From assembly GCA_951406725.2 (NCBI GenBank), contig OX597833.1:61194001-61258000 (forward strand): DNA of 64,000 nucleotides, read 5' to 3'. This DNA is from Octopus vulgaris (Eukaryota). Of this stretch, positions 50,077-62,868 are shown one piece after another. The position numbers and the translations under genes are program-made. The first letter of the stretch is position 1; the number at the start of each line of letters is the position of its first letter. The notes beneath the pieces are model-generated. The model was not told the origin of the DNA, did not search any database, and worked only from the letters and a program-made list of their open reading frames with translations.

Positions 50077-51062
50077 CCTAGATCACATTCAGAAGAGAGC
50101 CACCTGAACTGATTGACATAGAATTAAGAACATGCTCCAGTTTTTGGTACAGAGGCATGCTGTTTCCTCTCTCTTCCTTTTCTGCTACTAATATAATGGC
50201 TTCTGTTCCTTGCGGCTGGCTGGGTTTGTGTCTCTTCTAGCATTTCTCTTCTACTTGTCCTACTTCCTGCCATCAAACTTGTTGCGTCCATCTCCCCTGG
50301 TCTCACACTAATTATTACATCCAGTCTTTCCTCCCCACATTATTTCTGCTGGAATTCCCTTCCTGCTCAGGCATGGCTGTGTGGTAAGAAGCTTGCTTCC
50401 CAACATCATAGTTTTAGGTTCAGTCCCACTGCATGGTACCTTGTGCAAGTGACTTCTACTTTAGCTTTTCTACAAAAACTAAAAGAAGCTTTGTGTGTGT
50501 GTGTGTGTTTGTCCACCCCACCCCACCCCACCACTTGACAACCAGTGTTGGTGTGTTTACATCCTCATTACTTAGCAGTTTGGAAAAAGAGACCAATAGA
50601 ATAAGTACCAGGCTTGCAAAAAAAAAAAAAAAAGATATTGGGGTCGATTCATTTAACTAAAAAATTCTTCAGAGCAGTGCCCTAGCATGGCCTTGGTCTA
50701 ATGACTGAAACAAGTAAAAGACAAACCCCGCCCCACCAAAATGATAAAAATGATGTGTTTCCTGACAAAAATCCAAAAGGAACACTAACGGCATCAATCT
50801 CATTGGTCTTGGAGGGCTTGAGAAAGCCATTGGCATTGCTTCTCCTCTCAGACAGAGCAAGTAAAAAAAAAAAAATCTTCTAGTCCTACTTATTGTATGC
50901 ACTCAATATGCTTCTGTTCACCCCACAGCCACACACTTTGATGTGTTGTCAATATCTAGTTCATTTCCTGCTGCTCTTCACATTGTCTTCTTCCTGTTGT
51001 TGTTGTTGTTGTATGCACGCAAAATGGTTGTAATCACAATTACCCAACCTCTGTATTTCTAG

Positions 51063-51166
51063 ATCTGCACTACTTCATGTTCGCACCCACCTTGTGTTAT
51101 GAACTCAATTTTCCCCGCAGTTCTCGAATCCGAAAATCATTTCTCCTAAAACGCTTTATTGAAATG
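51063..51166 (+). CDS. DGAT1: DGAT1 exon 9
   Basis: TTCTAG|...ATG|GTAAGT, 104 nt; [35 protein letters not shown]. Confidence 0.97.
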
Positions 51167-51337
51167 GTAAGTGTTAAATGCTTTTCTTTCTTCCACGTTT
51201 TATTTATTGTTTTGCACATTACTTATTCATTGGTATATGTTTTATCTTATATTTAATCTTTCTATAAGATGTAATTTTTCTAAATGGTATAATTTAATTT
51301 TTTCATTATTGAATTGATAACAGGTGGTTTTTTTCTA

Positions 51338-51380
<43 letters not shown>

Positions 51381-52049
51381 TTTGTGAAATTTGATTTAGT
51401 ATTTCTAAATTGAATTTTTCCCTGTAAGTTTGGAATAATATTCCCTCATATTATTATTATATATATGCATGTATTGTTGCCAGAATATCTGGCTGGCACC
51501 CGTGCTGGTGGCACATAGAAAGCTACATTCGAGCGTGATCGTTACCAGCGTCGCCTTACTGGCACTTGTACCGGTGGCATGTGAAAAAACATTCGAGCGA
51601 AGTCTTCCCAGTGCTGCTGGACTGGCTCCTGTGCAGATGGCACGTGAAAAGCACTATTTAGGCGTAGCCATTGCCAGTACCGCTTGACTGGCCCTCATGC
51701 CAGTAGCACGAAAAAGCACCCACTACACTCTCGGAGTAGTTGGCATTTGAAAGGGCATCTAGCTGTAGAAATTCTGCCAGTTCAGATTGGATCCTGGTGC
51801 AGCCACCTGGTTCACCAGTCCTCAGTCAAATCGTCCAATGCACGCCAGCTTGGAAAGCGGACGTTAAATGATGATGATGATGATGTTTACATTTAATATG
51901 GTAAATGCAGCAACAGCTATTTTTAAGTTGGAATCAGTTCTGCAAAGAGAATTCCTGTCCATCCATTGTTCCTATATTTTTGATACTGAAAAAAAAAAGT
52001 TAATATCCATCCATTTTCTCTGCTTACTTTTCTTTGGAGGGTCATTGGA

Positions 52050-52400
52050 ATAGAGTTCTCAAGTACATCTCCAAAGGGTCCAATCAGAAGTGATTATTAT
52101 TAAACATTCCTGCTGGATTCCCATGTGTGACCAACTGAGTCTATGGATATCATCCAATCATCTCCTTGATTTACTCTTAGAATCTTCTGCCATTTGGCTC
52201 AGCTTGAAGAATCTGGTCTTGTGATTCTTTCCTGTAACATTCCAATCACATGTCTGCTGTACTGGAAGTGTGGCCTCTCAATGCAGAGATTGGTCTGGAG
52301 AGACTCCCTGATCTGCAAGCTATACACTCTGTCGAGTAACATTATTCCAGAGGTCCTTTGAAGGAACTCCATTTTGGCCACTTTTATTCTCAAACATATG
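52050..52400 (-). mobile_element. Degenerate RTE-clade LINE fragment
   Basis: MEFLQRTSGIMLLDRVYSLQIRESLQ...IERPHFQYSRHVIGM resembles the RTE C-terminus (EM.FLR...G..L.DRV....IRE); a related copy lies at about 42300-42620. Confidence 0.65.
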
Positions 52401-52418
52401 GTAAAGGATAAAGACTTC

Positions 52419-52746
52419 CTTCGGTCATGAATGACCATGGGATTGCACCTAGAAAGTTACCCTCTGAGGCACAATTCCAGGCAAGGCTGTTTGTGGAAGA
52501 CCAGCAGTCACCCATGCATACCAGCCTCCACTCTCCATGCCACCCATTTGTCCAAAGGAAAGGCAAAGACCAATACAGCTTGGCACCAGTGATGTTGCAA
52601 CTCATTTCTACAGCTGAGTGAACTGGAGCAATGTGAAATAAAGTATGTTGCTGAAGAACACAACGCACAACTTGGCCCGGGAATTGAACTCACTAGCTCA
52701 TGATTGTAAGCCTGACAATCTAAGCCTAACCACTGAGCCATGCCTC
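52419..52746 (-). mobile_element. Second, more diverged copy of the 595-924 SINE family
   Basis: Reverse complement aligns by eye along its length with 595-924; partial copies near 33730-33840 and 56557-56658. Confidence 0.85.
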
Positions 52747-53081
52747 TGTCATTACCCAACATTCATAACCATAGGTGGAGATAGGCATGAAGACCAAATC
52801 AAAGAATGTTTTTTTTTTATCTCTTGTTGTCTGAGAACCAAATGTTAAAGCCACTGCGTTATAGTACCAGTAATTCTAGCATCCAAGTTAATATTAAAAA
52901 TATAAGGAGTGTAGAAAATGAAAGCAGAATTTGTTGGCATTTCTTTGTGAGAACTATTGCATTTGGATATTGCAATACAAATGTATTAAGATTATCCAAT
53001 TTTGTAATTTTGTGTATTTTTGAAAATTTATTTTCACCAAATTCTTTTTACAGTAAATTTTTGTTCTTTCAAATTTTCCAG

Positions 53082-53120
53082 ATCTTTCTGTGGCAGGTGA
53101 TGCTTGCTCTGTTACAACAG
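53082..53120 (+). CDS. DGAT1: DGAT1 exon 10
   Basis: TTCCAG|...CAG|GTTAGT, 39 nt; IFLWQVMLALLQQ. Confidence 0.9.
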
Positions 53121-53194
53121 GTTAGTGTTTACTTTACTTTCATGGTTAAACTTGTATCTACATAGTGTTGTAAACACTCCTTTTACCACATTAA

Positions 53195-53607
53195 TTACCC
53201 TGTGCGCATAAGCGAAAGCAGGGTATTGTAATCACTTGTCTTTGTCTGTGTGTTTGCAAAATTACTGGAAAATGGCTGAATGGATTTTCACTAAATTTGG
53301 CAGAAATACTCATTGGGTGAGTGACTCAAAATGACGAAAATTTGGTTTGATTATCTTCAAACAATCATAAATACATACATAGATAAGCAACTCTGTGTAT
53401 GTGTGTACAGTGATGGATTCGAGGGTTTTGTTTATTTATGAGTTGATATCTTAATTTCACCGGAGTATAAATGGTGATACTGAAAAAAGAAAATTAAAAA
53501 CTTTTACCTTATAACCGCAAAAAATAATAAGGTAAAAGTTTTTATTTTCATTCCCTTCGAAAATTGCTATTAAATGTGGTTTTGGTCGTTTTGACTGCTT
53601 CTTCTAG
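53195..53607 (+). mobile_element. Helentron/DINE-1-like non-autonomous element
   Basis: 5' TACCCTG...CAGGGTA subterminal inverted repeat, then (TGTC)-like microsatellite and GGATTTTCACTAAATTTGG core; right end uncertain. Confidence 0.5.
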
Positions 53608-54130
53608 CATGTAAAAATTACCTGTTAAAGGTAGTTTTCTCTTGTGTTTAAATGTACACCATTTTATATTTCATATATATAATATACATATATATATATA
53701 TATATAGCCTATAATAGGTCTAACTTCTAAGGGACCAAAACATGAAGTGCAATTGGGGGTCCTTAATTTCAGTGTTTCAGTGTCAGCATGGAAGGGGACA
53801 TTCGTATTTTGAAAATTAGATTTGCTGATTGGTCAAAATTGATGGCAGTTTGAAATGAGTACACCAAATATGTCCTGGAAAAGGGGTTAACTTTCAAGGG
53901 AGCAGAGCTGAACTAAACAACAAGAAAGGACACATTAGATAATGCAATCCTATGTAAACTGTGTCTGCAGAGAAGAGAGGATGATCAAAAATGGAATACC
54001 TTTGATCTTGGGCCTGCTGGATTAAGCCTGACCTGGGGCTAAACAGTGTCAACAATAGTAAAATGAGTTTTATTGATCTTTTGTAAAATGGGTTCAGATT
54101 CTAATATTAATTCTTTCTTATTTCTTCCAG

Positions 54131-54217
54131 TGGTTGGAGCCAATTGTCCGAAATTCTATGAAGCCACTTGCTGAAATGGATGTAAAAAGGTCTGTTGAAA
54201 GACTTCTAAAATTAGCC
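54131..54217 (+). CDS. DGAT1: DGAT1 exon 11
   Basis: TTCCAG|...|GTAAGT, 87 nt; WLEPIVRNSMKPLAEMDVKRSVERLLKLA. Confidence 0.95.
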
Positions 54218-55048
54218 GTAAGTAATTCTAATTCTGTCAATACCAAACTTATTGTTACATAAATCTAGTTCTTGTTTTTATACTAAATTTTCACTAAAAT
54301 ATATCAAAACAGCTAAAACTGCCCTTTTTTTTTATGGTGGGTTTTTTAACCCTTTCATTGTAACATTACATTTCATGGTTATTTTTTTTTTTTTTTTTTT
54401 TTTTTTTGTACTTGTTTCAGTCATTTGACTGCGGCCATGCTGGAGCACCGCCTTTATGGTGGGTTTTTTCAGGTGTTCGCTCAACCCTTTCATTGTAAAA
54501 TTACATTTCATGGTTATTTCTGTAATGATGTTAAATATCTACCAAAATATAGAATTGGTATTTTTTTGCTAGTCACGGTGCCTCAGTGAACTTGAGATAT
54601 CTCAACAGAAAATAGTTTCAAGCTTGACATTCCTCAACTGGTTCAGTTCTATTGCTTGGCACCTTGGGCAAGTGTCTTCTACTATAGCCATGAGCTGATA
54701 AAAACCTTGTGAGTAGATTTGGTAGATGGAAACTGAAAGAAGCTTGTTGTAAATGTGTGTATGTATGTATGTATGTGAAGTGTGTCTTGACCTGAACTTG
54801 CATGATTGTTGTAAATGAGTGTCACTGTCATACAAGCAGTGTCCTTTGTTTCCAATCTTCTGTCAGAACATGTTTGGCCATGAGGGAATTACTCCTTACT
54901 TGGAAACAGGTGTGAGTTGGCAGCAGGAAGGGCAACCAGCTGTAAAAAAAAAAAACTGCCTCAACAAACTATACCTGATCCATGCAGCATGGAAAAGTGG
55001 ATTTTCAGATAATGATGATGAGGATGGCCAACAATGGGTTTTCTTTTA

Positions 55049-55443
55049 GGGGCTAAACACAGAGGGGACAAACAAGGACAGACAAATGGATTAAATTGAT
55101 TATATCGACCCCAGTGCGTAACTGGTACTTATTTCATCGACCCCGAATGGATGAAAGGCAATGTCAACCTCGGCGGAATTTGAACTCAGAACGTAGCAGC
55201 AGACGAAATACCTATTTCTTTACTACCCACAAGGGGCTAAACACAGAGAGGACAAACAAGGACAGACAGACGGATTAAGTCGATTATATTGACCCCAGTG
55301 CGTAACTGGTACTTAATTTATCAACCCCGAACGGATGAAAGGCAAAGTTGACCTCTGTGGAATTTGAACTTAGAATGTAGCGGCAGACGAAATACCGCTA
55401 AGCATTTCGCCTGGAGTGCTAATGATTCTGCCAGCTTGCCACC
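55049..55443 (-). mobile_element. Family B SINE with duplicated body
   Basis: Two tandem GGGGCTAAACACAGAG...GGAATTTGAACT units followed by the head; same structure at 59592-59978. Confidence 0.85.
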
Positions 55444-56017
55444 CTATTTCTTTTAGTTTCTGTCTACCAAATTCACTCAATGGTTGGACTTGGGTTGTAA
55501 TAGCAGACACTTGTGCAAGGTAAGTGCCATACTTTAGGATTGAACCTAAATCCACATGGTCAGCAAGCAAACCTCTTAACCACATAGCCACCAGTCATAC
55601 AATTATTGTGGTATATTTTCAACCTCAATTATTTTCATTTTTGCTTTTTTTCTTCTTTGTTTTGTTGCATGCCATTATCGTTGTTTATTTTTAGAGGAAT
55701 GACAGGAATGGTTTGTTTCTTCTTTAGAAATTTCTAGACATTTTTTTCCATACTATTTTCTCTCATTGTTCCATCAATAATGTCATTTCCTTGACAAAGT
55801 CTCAAATAGTTTGGTTTCTATCCAAATCATTTACCATTCTGTTATCATTTGGAATATATTTCTTTCATTTATTTATTTTATTCATTATTCTCAGTCAACT
55901 GACATTTGAACAAAGCGACAAGGAAAATATTTCTTTATAGTAATTACCTTAATTACACTAATTGATTGGCAGCAGAGGATTTTGCTGATGTTTTGAAAAT
56001 ATTTTGTCTTCTTACAG

Positions 56018-56130
56018 GTTCCAAACCATATGATTTGGCTGATTTTCTTTTATTGGTTCTTCCATTCCTGTTTGAATGTGGTTGCAGAACTTTTGCAGTT
56101 TGGAGACCGAGAATTTTACCACGATTGGTG
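56018..56130 (+). CDS. DGAT1: DGAT1 exon 12
   Basis: TTACAG|...TG|GTGAGC, 113 nt; [37 protein letters not shown] (start of the FYxDWWN motif). Confidence 0.97.
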
Positions 56131-56139
56131 GTGAGCATT

Positions 56140-56143
56140 AGTC

Positions 56144-56192
<49 letters not shown>

Positions 56193-56378
56193 TATTATTA
56201 TTATTATTATTATTATTTATTATTAATTATTATTATTATTTATTATTATTATTTATTATTATTTATTATTATTATTTATTATTATTTATTATTAATTATT
56301 ATTATTATTTATCATTATTATATTATTATTTATTATTGTTATTTAATATTATTTATTATTATTACTATTATTATTATT
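56140..56378. repeat. (TTA)n microsatellite
   Basis: Seen directly, just after the DGAT1 exon 12 donor. Confidence 0.95.
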
Positions 56379-56689
56379 GTGGAAGCTGGCAGAATTATTA
56401 CAGTGCCAAGCAAAATGCTTAGGAGCATTTCATCCATCTTGACAATCAGAGTTCAAATTCCGCTGATGTCGACTTTGCCTTTCTTCCTTTTGGTGGCGAT
56501 AAAATAAGTGCCAGTAGAGTACTGGGGTTGATGCAATCAACTTGCACCTTTCCCATTGGAGCAATGTGAAATAAAGTGTCTTGCTCATGCACCACCAGGG
56601 ATTGAACTCATGACCTGACAATTGTGAGCTGAACACCCAAACCACTAAGCCATGCACTTTCACAATGTATGTATGTATGTGTGTGTGTG

Positions 56690-56737
<48 letters not shown>

Positions 56738-57094
56738 ACTGGCCTCTGTGCCGGTGGCATGTAAAAAGCACCATCCGATCGTGGCCATTGCCAGCCTCGC
56801 CTGGCCTCCGTGCCGGTGGCACATAAAAAGCACCATCCGATCATGGCTGTTTGCCAGCCTCGTCTGGCACATAAAAGCACCCACTACACTCATGGAGTGG
56901 TTGGCGTTAGGAAGGGCATCCAGTTGTAGAAACACTGCCAGATCAGACTGGGTCTGGTGCAGCCTTCTGGCTTCCCAGACCCCAGTTGAACCATCCAATT
57001 CATTTTAGCATGGAAAGCGGACGCTAAACGATGATGATGATATATATACACCCTACTCTTTATTACTAGTTCTCTTCTCTTAAAAACTCTAATA

Positions 57095-57303
57095 ATCGTG
57101 AAGTATATTTGTCACCTAAATGTGGCTGACCCATATGGGATGATACTACTGTAGTTTATAGCCCCAGGTAGACATCTCCTCCAGCTGGCTAATGACACAC
57201 TGTCTGCAGCCAGCTGGAGGAGATGTCTTCCTGGGGCTATAAACTACAATAGCATCGTCCCATATGGGTCAGCCACATTTAGGTGACAAATATACTTCAC
57301 GAT
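57095..57303. repeat. Near-perfect 96-bp inverted repeat, 17-nt loop
   Basis: Arms 57095-57190 and 57208-57303, four mismatches counted by eye. Confidence 0.95.
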
Positions 57304-57363
57304 GTCATGCTGCTACTGTTTATATCAGAGGTTTTATTATTGCTTTCTAATAATTTTTTGCAG

Positions 57364-57429
57364 GAATTCTGAGACTGTGAGTTATTTTTGGAAAAGTTGG
57401 AATATTCCAGTTCACCGATGGGCAAGCAG
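57364..57429 (+). CDS. DGAT1: DGAT1 exon 13
   Basis: TTGCAG|...AG|GTTAGC, 66 nt; WNSETVSYFWKSWNIPVHRWASR with the MBOAT active-site Asn (WNIPVH). Confidence 0.97.
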
Positions 57430-57539
57430 GTTAGCACGGCACTCTCTTTGTTTTATTCATTTTATATCTCAAACTGACCCTCTACCCTTCACTGTGACTT
57501 CTCCTTCACTTCCTTGGCTTCATATTTTTTCTCTCTAGT

Positions 57540-57742
57540 TTCATCTCAGAGCTGCGGCCATGCTGATGCACCACCGTTTAAAGAAAGAATACAGTAGGGT
57601 TCGCTACCACTCCCTGCCGAAGCCTCGTGGAGCTTTAGGTGTTTTCGCTCCATTAACACTCACAACGCCCGGTGTGAGAATCGAAAACACGATCCCATGA
57701 CCGCAAGTCCGCTGCCCTAACCACTGGACCATTGCGTCTCCA
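57540..57742 (-). mobile_element. tRNA-derived SINE, further family
   Basis: Minus strand GGAGACGCAATGGTCCAGTGGTTAGGGCAGCGGACTTGCGGTC...TTCGATTC (A/B boxes) and 3' end GCATGGCCGCAGC shared with family A. Confidence 0.7.
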
Positions 57743-58041
57743 CTGTTTACATGTTGTGTCAATCACAAAGATTCCTATTTTCTTTGGGGTGGTAGTGTTT
57801 CCATGGGGTGGGTAAGGGTTTAGATGGAATATAATTATTTAAAATGAGATCCTAATCGTGGCTCAAGCTCAGTATCAGCGTTTCTGTACAAAGAAGATGG
57901 GTTCAGTCCTATCATGTGGCACTTTGAACAAGTGTTTTCTACTATGGCTCCAAATTGATCAAGGCCTTGCAAGTGGATTTGGTAGATAGAAACTCAAAGA
58001 AGCCCATTATGTATGTGTGTGTGTGTATATATATATATATA

Positions 58042-58246
58042 TGAGGGGCTGCTGAAGAGTTCCTGGCTTTGGGTAAAAGAAACCACAGGAGGATCAGTTA
58101 ATTATGATTTCATTCAGCATATTCCCCTCTCAGATTCACACACTTATTACAGCAGTCCTTCAGTTTTTTCAAGTCCTCGGGAGGTTGGTCCTCCAACTAG
58201 GCCTTTCTCAATACCCTTAAAGCCAGGAACTTTTCAGCACCCCTCG
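58042..58246. mobile_element. Tc1/mariner-like MITE
   Basis: TIR TGAGGGGCTGCTGAAGAGTTCCTGGCTTT / AAAGCCAGGAACTTTTCAGCACCCCTCG with TA on both sides. Confidence 0.8.
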
Positions 58247-58581
58247 TATGCATGTGTGTGTGTGTGTGTGTGTATTTTTGTTTGTTTGTTTGACAAAATA
58301 TGTGGATTAAATATTTTATATGTATATTTTTGAATTTTATGAACACTATAATTAATTCTTAAATTGTGTGTAATTAATTAATAAATTGTGATTTGAATGA
58401 AAAATTACCTCATTATTTACATTTTTTCTTCTAAGTTTTCATTGCCTTTTGGAACCTTGTCAGAGGATGTTGACTCTCATTATTGTTGTCTTAATAATTT
58501 TCCTTCTTCTTTACACTTTATATATCTAAAATTATTTTATTTACAACTTTTCCATTGAAATCTCTTTTAATATTTCAACAG

Positions 58582-58669
58582 ACATCTATACAAACCATTG
58601 GTAAAACGAGGCCATTCCAAGTTCACAGCATCCTGTTTAGTATTTTTACTCTCGGCTTTTTTCCATGAA
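58582..58669 (+). CDS. DGAT1: DGAT1 exon 14
   Basis: CAACAG|...|GTAAGT, 88 nt; HLYKPLVKRGHSKFTASCLVFLLSAFFHE with the catalytic His (SAFFHE). Confidence 0.97.
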
Positions 58670-58847
58670 GTAAGTATCATTTCACCACAGTCATCGCCAT
58701 CATCATCTCAACCATCACTATCATCATTGTCACTCTTATCATTGTCATTATGTATCAACTTCAGCTTGTACTAATGCTGGATCCACAATGATAGACATGT
58801 CATGTATCTCATTTCATCACTGTCCTATTTTAGAAGGACACCTCGAT

Positions 58848-59376
58848 GACTGGCATCCGTGCTAGCGGGATGCAAAGAGCGCCATACGAGTGTGATCGTT
58901 CAGAGCGGCTAACCGGCTTCCATGCCAGTGGCACATAAAAGGCACCATTTGAGTGTGATCGTTACCAGCATCGCCCTACTGGCACTTGTGCCTATGCTAG
59001 TAGGGTGCCAAGAGCACCATCCGAGCATGTTCGTTGCCAGAGTGGCCAACTGGCTTCCGTGCTGGCAGCACATAAAGGGGCACCATTCGAGTGTGATCGT
59101 TACAAGCGTCACCTTACTGGCAACTGTGCCAGTGGCATGTGTAAAAAGATTCGAGCGAGGTCATTGCCAGTACCGCCTGACTGGCCCCTGTGCTGGTGGC
59201 ACGTAAAAAGCACCCACTACACTCTCGGAGTGGTTGGCGTTAGGAAGGGCATCCAGCTGTAGAAACTCTGCCAAATCAAGATTGGAGACTGGTGCAGCCA
59301 TCTGGTTCGCCAGCCCTCAGTGAAAATCGTCCAACCCATGCTAGCATGGAAAGCGGACGTTAAACAATGATGATGA
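58848..59376 (+). mobile_element. Family C element, long variant
   Basis: GAGTGTGATCGTT subrepeats then the standard family C 3' end; 5' part matches the reverse complement of about 27700-27750. Confidence 0.82.
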
Positions 59377-61916
59377 TCTTCCTAGTTATTTTACTCGTTC
59401 ACCTTAGAAATGGTCAACATCATAGTGTGTTTGTTGTTTAGCTCTGATCCAGCTCACATAGGACCCAAGGGAGTTCTCTTTTATGCAGACAGAATAAGCA
59501 TAGCTGTGTAAAGAAGCTTGCTTCCAAATTATGTGGTCTCCGGTTCAGTCCCACTGCGTGGCAAGTGTTTTCTGCTATAGAGCAAGTGTCTTTTTATTTC
59601 TTTATTGCCCACAAGGGGTTAAACATAGAGGGAACAAACAAATGATTAAGTTGATTGCATCAACTCCAGTGCATAACTGGTACTTAATTTATCGACCCCA
59701 AAAGAATGAAAGGCAAAGTATACCTCGGCAGAATTTGAACTTAGAACGTAACGGCAGACGAAATACCTATTTCTTTATTGCCCACAAGGGGCTAAACATA
59801 GAGGGGACAAACAAATGATTAAGTCGATTGCATCAACCCCAGTGCGTAACTGGTACTTAATTTATCGACCCCAAAAGAATGAAAGGCAAAGTGGACCTCG
59901 GCAGAATTTGAACTCAGAACGTAATGGCAGATGAAATACCGCTAGGCATTTCACCCAGTGTGCTAATGTTTCTGCCAGAAGACACTTGCTATAGGGTAAG
60001 TGTCTTCTGCTATAGCCCTGGATCAGCCAAAGCTTTATGAATGGATTTGGTAGGCAAAAACTGGGAGAAGTCTGTTATATATGTTTCTGTGTGTGCCCCC
60101 TTGCCTTGGTATCATGCAGTGGTTGTAAGTAAGCATCAGTCACACAAGTGATGTTGTTTGTTTTCAGTTTTCTATGAAAAATATCTGGCCATGTGGGTGG
60201 GAGATATTGCCTTGGTTGGAAACAAGTGGAGGTTGGCAACAAGAAGGGCATCCAACTGTAGAAAATCAGTCTTAAGAAATTCTGTTTGACCCATGTAAGC
60301 ATGGAAAAATGGACGTTAAATGGCGATGATGAGGGGGACTACATCATCAAAGATGTACTTTCAGGGATATTTTGCTTGCTATTTCTAGCAGGTTATTGTT
60401 TAGAGACTCTTTTGATGGTTCTTATTGTGGTTTTTCATTGATCCTTAGATCAGTCATGATTGAACAGACCTATCAGCAGAGATGTTCCAATCATGACCGC
60501 CCATTAAAATATCTTGGTACGATTTGAGATTTAGCTGCTATTTCTAGCAGGTTGAGCAGTCACAAAGAGGCTCCTCCTAATGTTAACTATTTATGTCAGT
60601 TTCAATGGGAAACACATGCACATCACGAATTCTCACCTATCTATGTATTAAGTACCTCTCAATACAAAATGTCACTCTTAACTGACCTATGTACTATTTA
60701 GACTGACTGAGTTGATATGGTTGTCAGAAACTGTGGGAGTCTGAGCTGGGGAGATGAGAGCTGACACTCCCGAAGCCAAGGTGGGGGAGGGGGGGAAGCT
60801 GATGGATTTGAAACCATATGCGTTGGGGCTAGGGATTGGGAGCTGAGACTGGGCTAATATCTTTAAAATTAGAAACAAAAATATCTTATTTTGTGATTCA
60901 GGCCCCAGGTCAGTATTAACCACATCCCTGATGGTCATCAGAACTCCTGTAATTACTCCAGAGTATCACAAGTTGCTTCAGTTACTCTCAAATAAATTGG
61001 ATGATAAAGCAGTAATTTACTCCCATCACACTGTAATTTTAGAAAATAACAGGAACATCACATCATCAATTGTTTCTATTTATGGTACATACTTACAGCT
61101 TGTTTAACCCTTTCACTGCAAAATAAATTTCATGGTTATTTCATGGTGCTGTGCTTGAGGAGATCTATTGAGTCAAGTACATCAACATCAAAAAATCAAA
61201 CGGAAATTGTAGTTGTGATACCTATGCCATGTAAAAAACACCATCCGTACATGGCCGATGCCAGCGTCGCCTTGACTGGCTTCCATGCTGGTGGCACGTA
61301 AAAAGCATCAACCGACCGTGGCCTCCCCTGGCACCTGTGCCGGTGGCATGTAAAAAGCACCATCCGTACGTGGCCAATGCCAGCGCCGCTTTGACTGGCT
61401 TCCGTGCTGGTGGCATATAAAAAGCACCAACCGATTGTGGCCATTGCCAGCCTCCCCTGGCACCTGTGCCAGTGGCACGTAAAAAGCACCCACTACACTC
61501 ACGGAGTGGTTGGCGTTAGGAAGAAACACTGCCAAATCAGACTGGAGCCTAGTGCAGCCTCTTGGCTTCCCAGACCCCGGTCAAACCGTCCAACACATGC
61601 TAGCATGGAAAGTGGACGTTAAACGATAATGATTTCCAGTAATGATGTTGAATATCTACAAGAAAAAAATTGGTATTTTCTGCAAGTCATGTTCCCTCAA
61701 TAAACTTGACCTGTCTCAGAAAATAGCTTCAAGCATGACATTTCTCAACAAAAGATAGACTGGTGTATAAAACTGCTTTGTACAGTTAAGGGTAATGAAA
61801 TTTTGAGTGGATATATCTGCTTTTTCAGTAGAAGGTTTCCAATGTTTACTGTACCTCTGTTAGAAATTGTCTTAAAATGTGTAAATTTCAATAAACTAAA
61901 TATCTTTTTATTTCAG

Positions 61917-61979
61917 TATTTGGTCAGTGTGCCACTGAAAATGTTCCGCTGGTGGGCATTTATGGGCATGTGCCTCCAG
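61917..61979 (+). CDS. DGAT1: DGAT1 exon 15
   Basis: TTTCAG|...CAG|GTGAGT, 63 nt; YLVSVPLKMFRWWAFMGMCLQ. Confidence 0.97.
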
Positions 61980-62868
61980 GTGAGTGTCACACATTCCAAA
62001 ATAATTTTAGCAATTAAAAAAAAAAAAAAGAAAAATTGATAATATATCTTTGTAAAAGATTAATTTCTATAAAGGTTTATTATGTAATTTTAGAAATAAT
62101 CATGTTTATTGCTAGTGAAACAGTTGTTGAGCACAAATTATGAACTACTAATTGTTACCTGTCGCTACATTGCCGGGTAACCTGGTCAAGATGAAATATA
62201 TCCTTCAGCAGAAGCCTACTACAACGATCACATTGATATGCTCAACAACAACCTGCTTTTTTTGGTTCTTGAAACAAATTTTAATTCTTTCACACACACT
62301 CTCTTAACAACTTGTCATTATAGTAAAAGCTTTTTTTAAAGTTTGATGTGTTGCCTATATATTGAAAGCCATACAAACAACAACAAAAATACGTACTACA
62401 CATGTACATATAGTTATATTTTGAAGTCTGTTGCATTGTGTTGACAGGCTTGCACTTAAAATTACCCCATTTTTTAATCAAAGCTTGTTAGTTACTATGG
62501 TTACAACACTATCTTACACATTCTCTCTTTCGCTATTTCCCTCTCAATTTTTTTGCCTCCCTTTTGTAAATATGTTGTGACATGGGTTATCTCCCCCTCT
62601 AGATAGATCTTTTAACAAACAGATGACCAACTTCTCTTTTATAATTATAAGATTAGTGAAATTTATACTTTTCATTCTTCATATGTTGCTCTAAAAGATC
62701 ACTTTAACCAATTCTGTATATACACACAAGTTGGATCCACCTGGATTGACTAGAATGTTACATGTTGGAGTTTAATGACCTATTATTGAGCTCTTTGTAT
62801 ATATTTTTGGTGTTTATGCATCAATTTTCTCTATGTAGATATTATTTTTGTTTTGTTTTGTTTTGCAG

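Noticed and set aside
53045-53081. Upstream TTACAG|TAA as an alternative poison acceptor for DGAT1 exon 10
   Set aside because: Such AGs are common in AT-rich introns; the downstream AG has its own pyrimidine tract and gives the conserved 39-nt exon.
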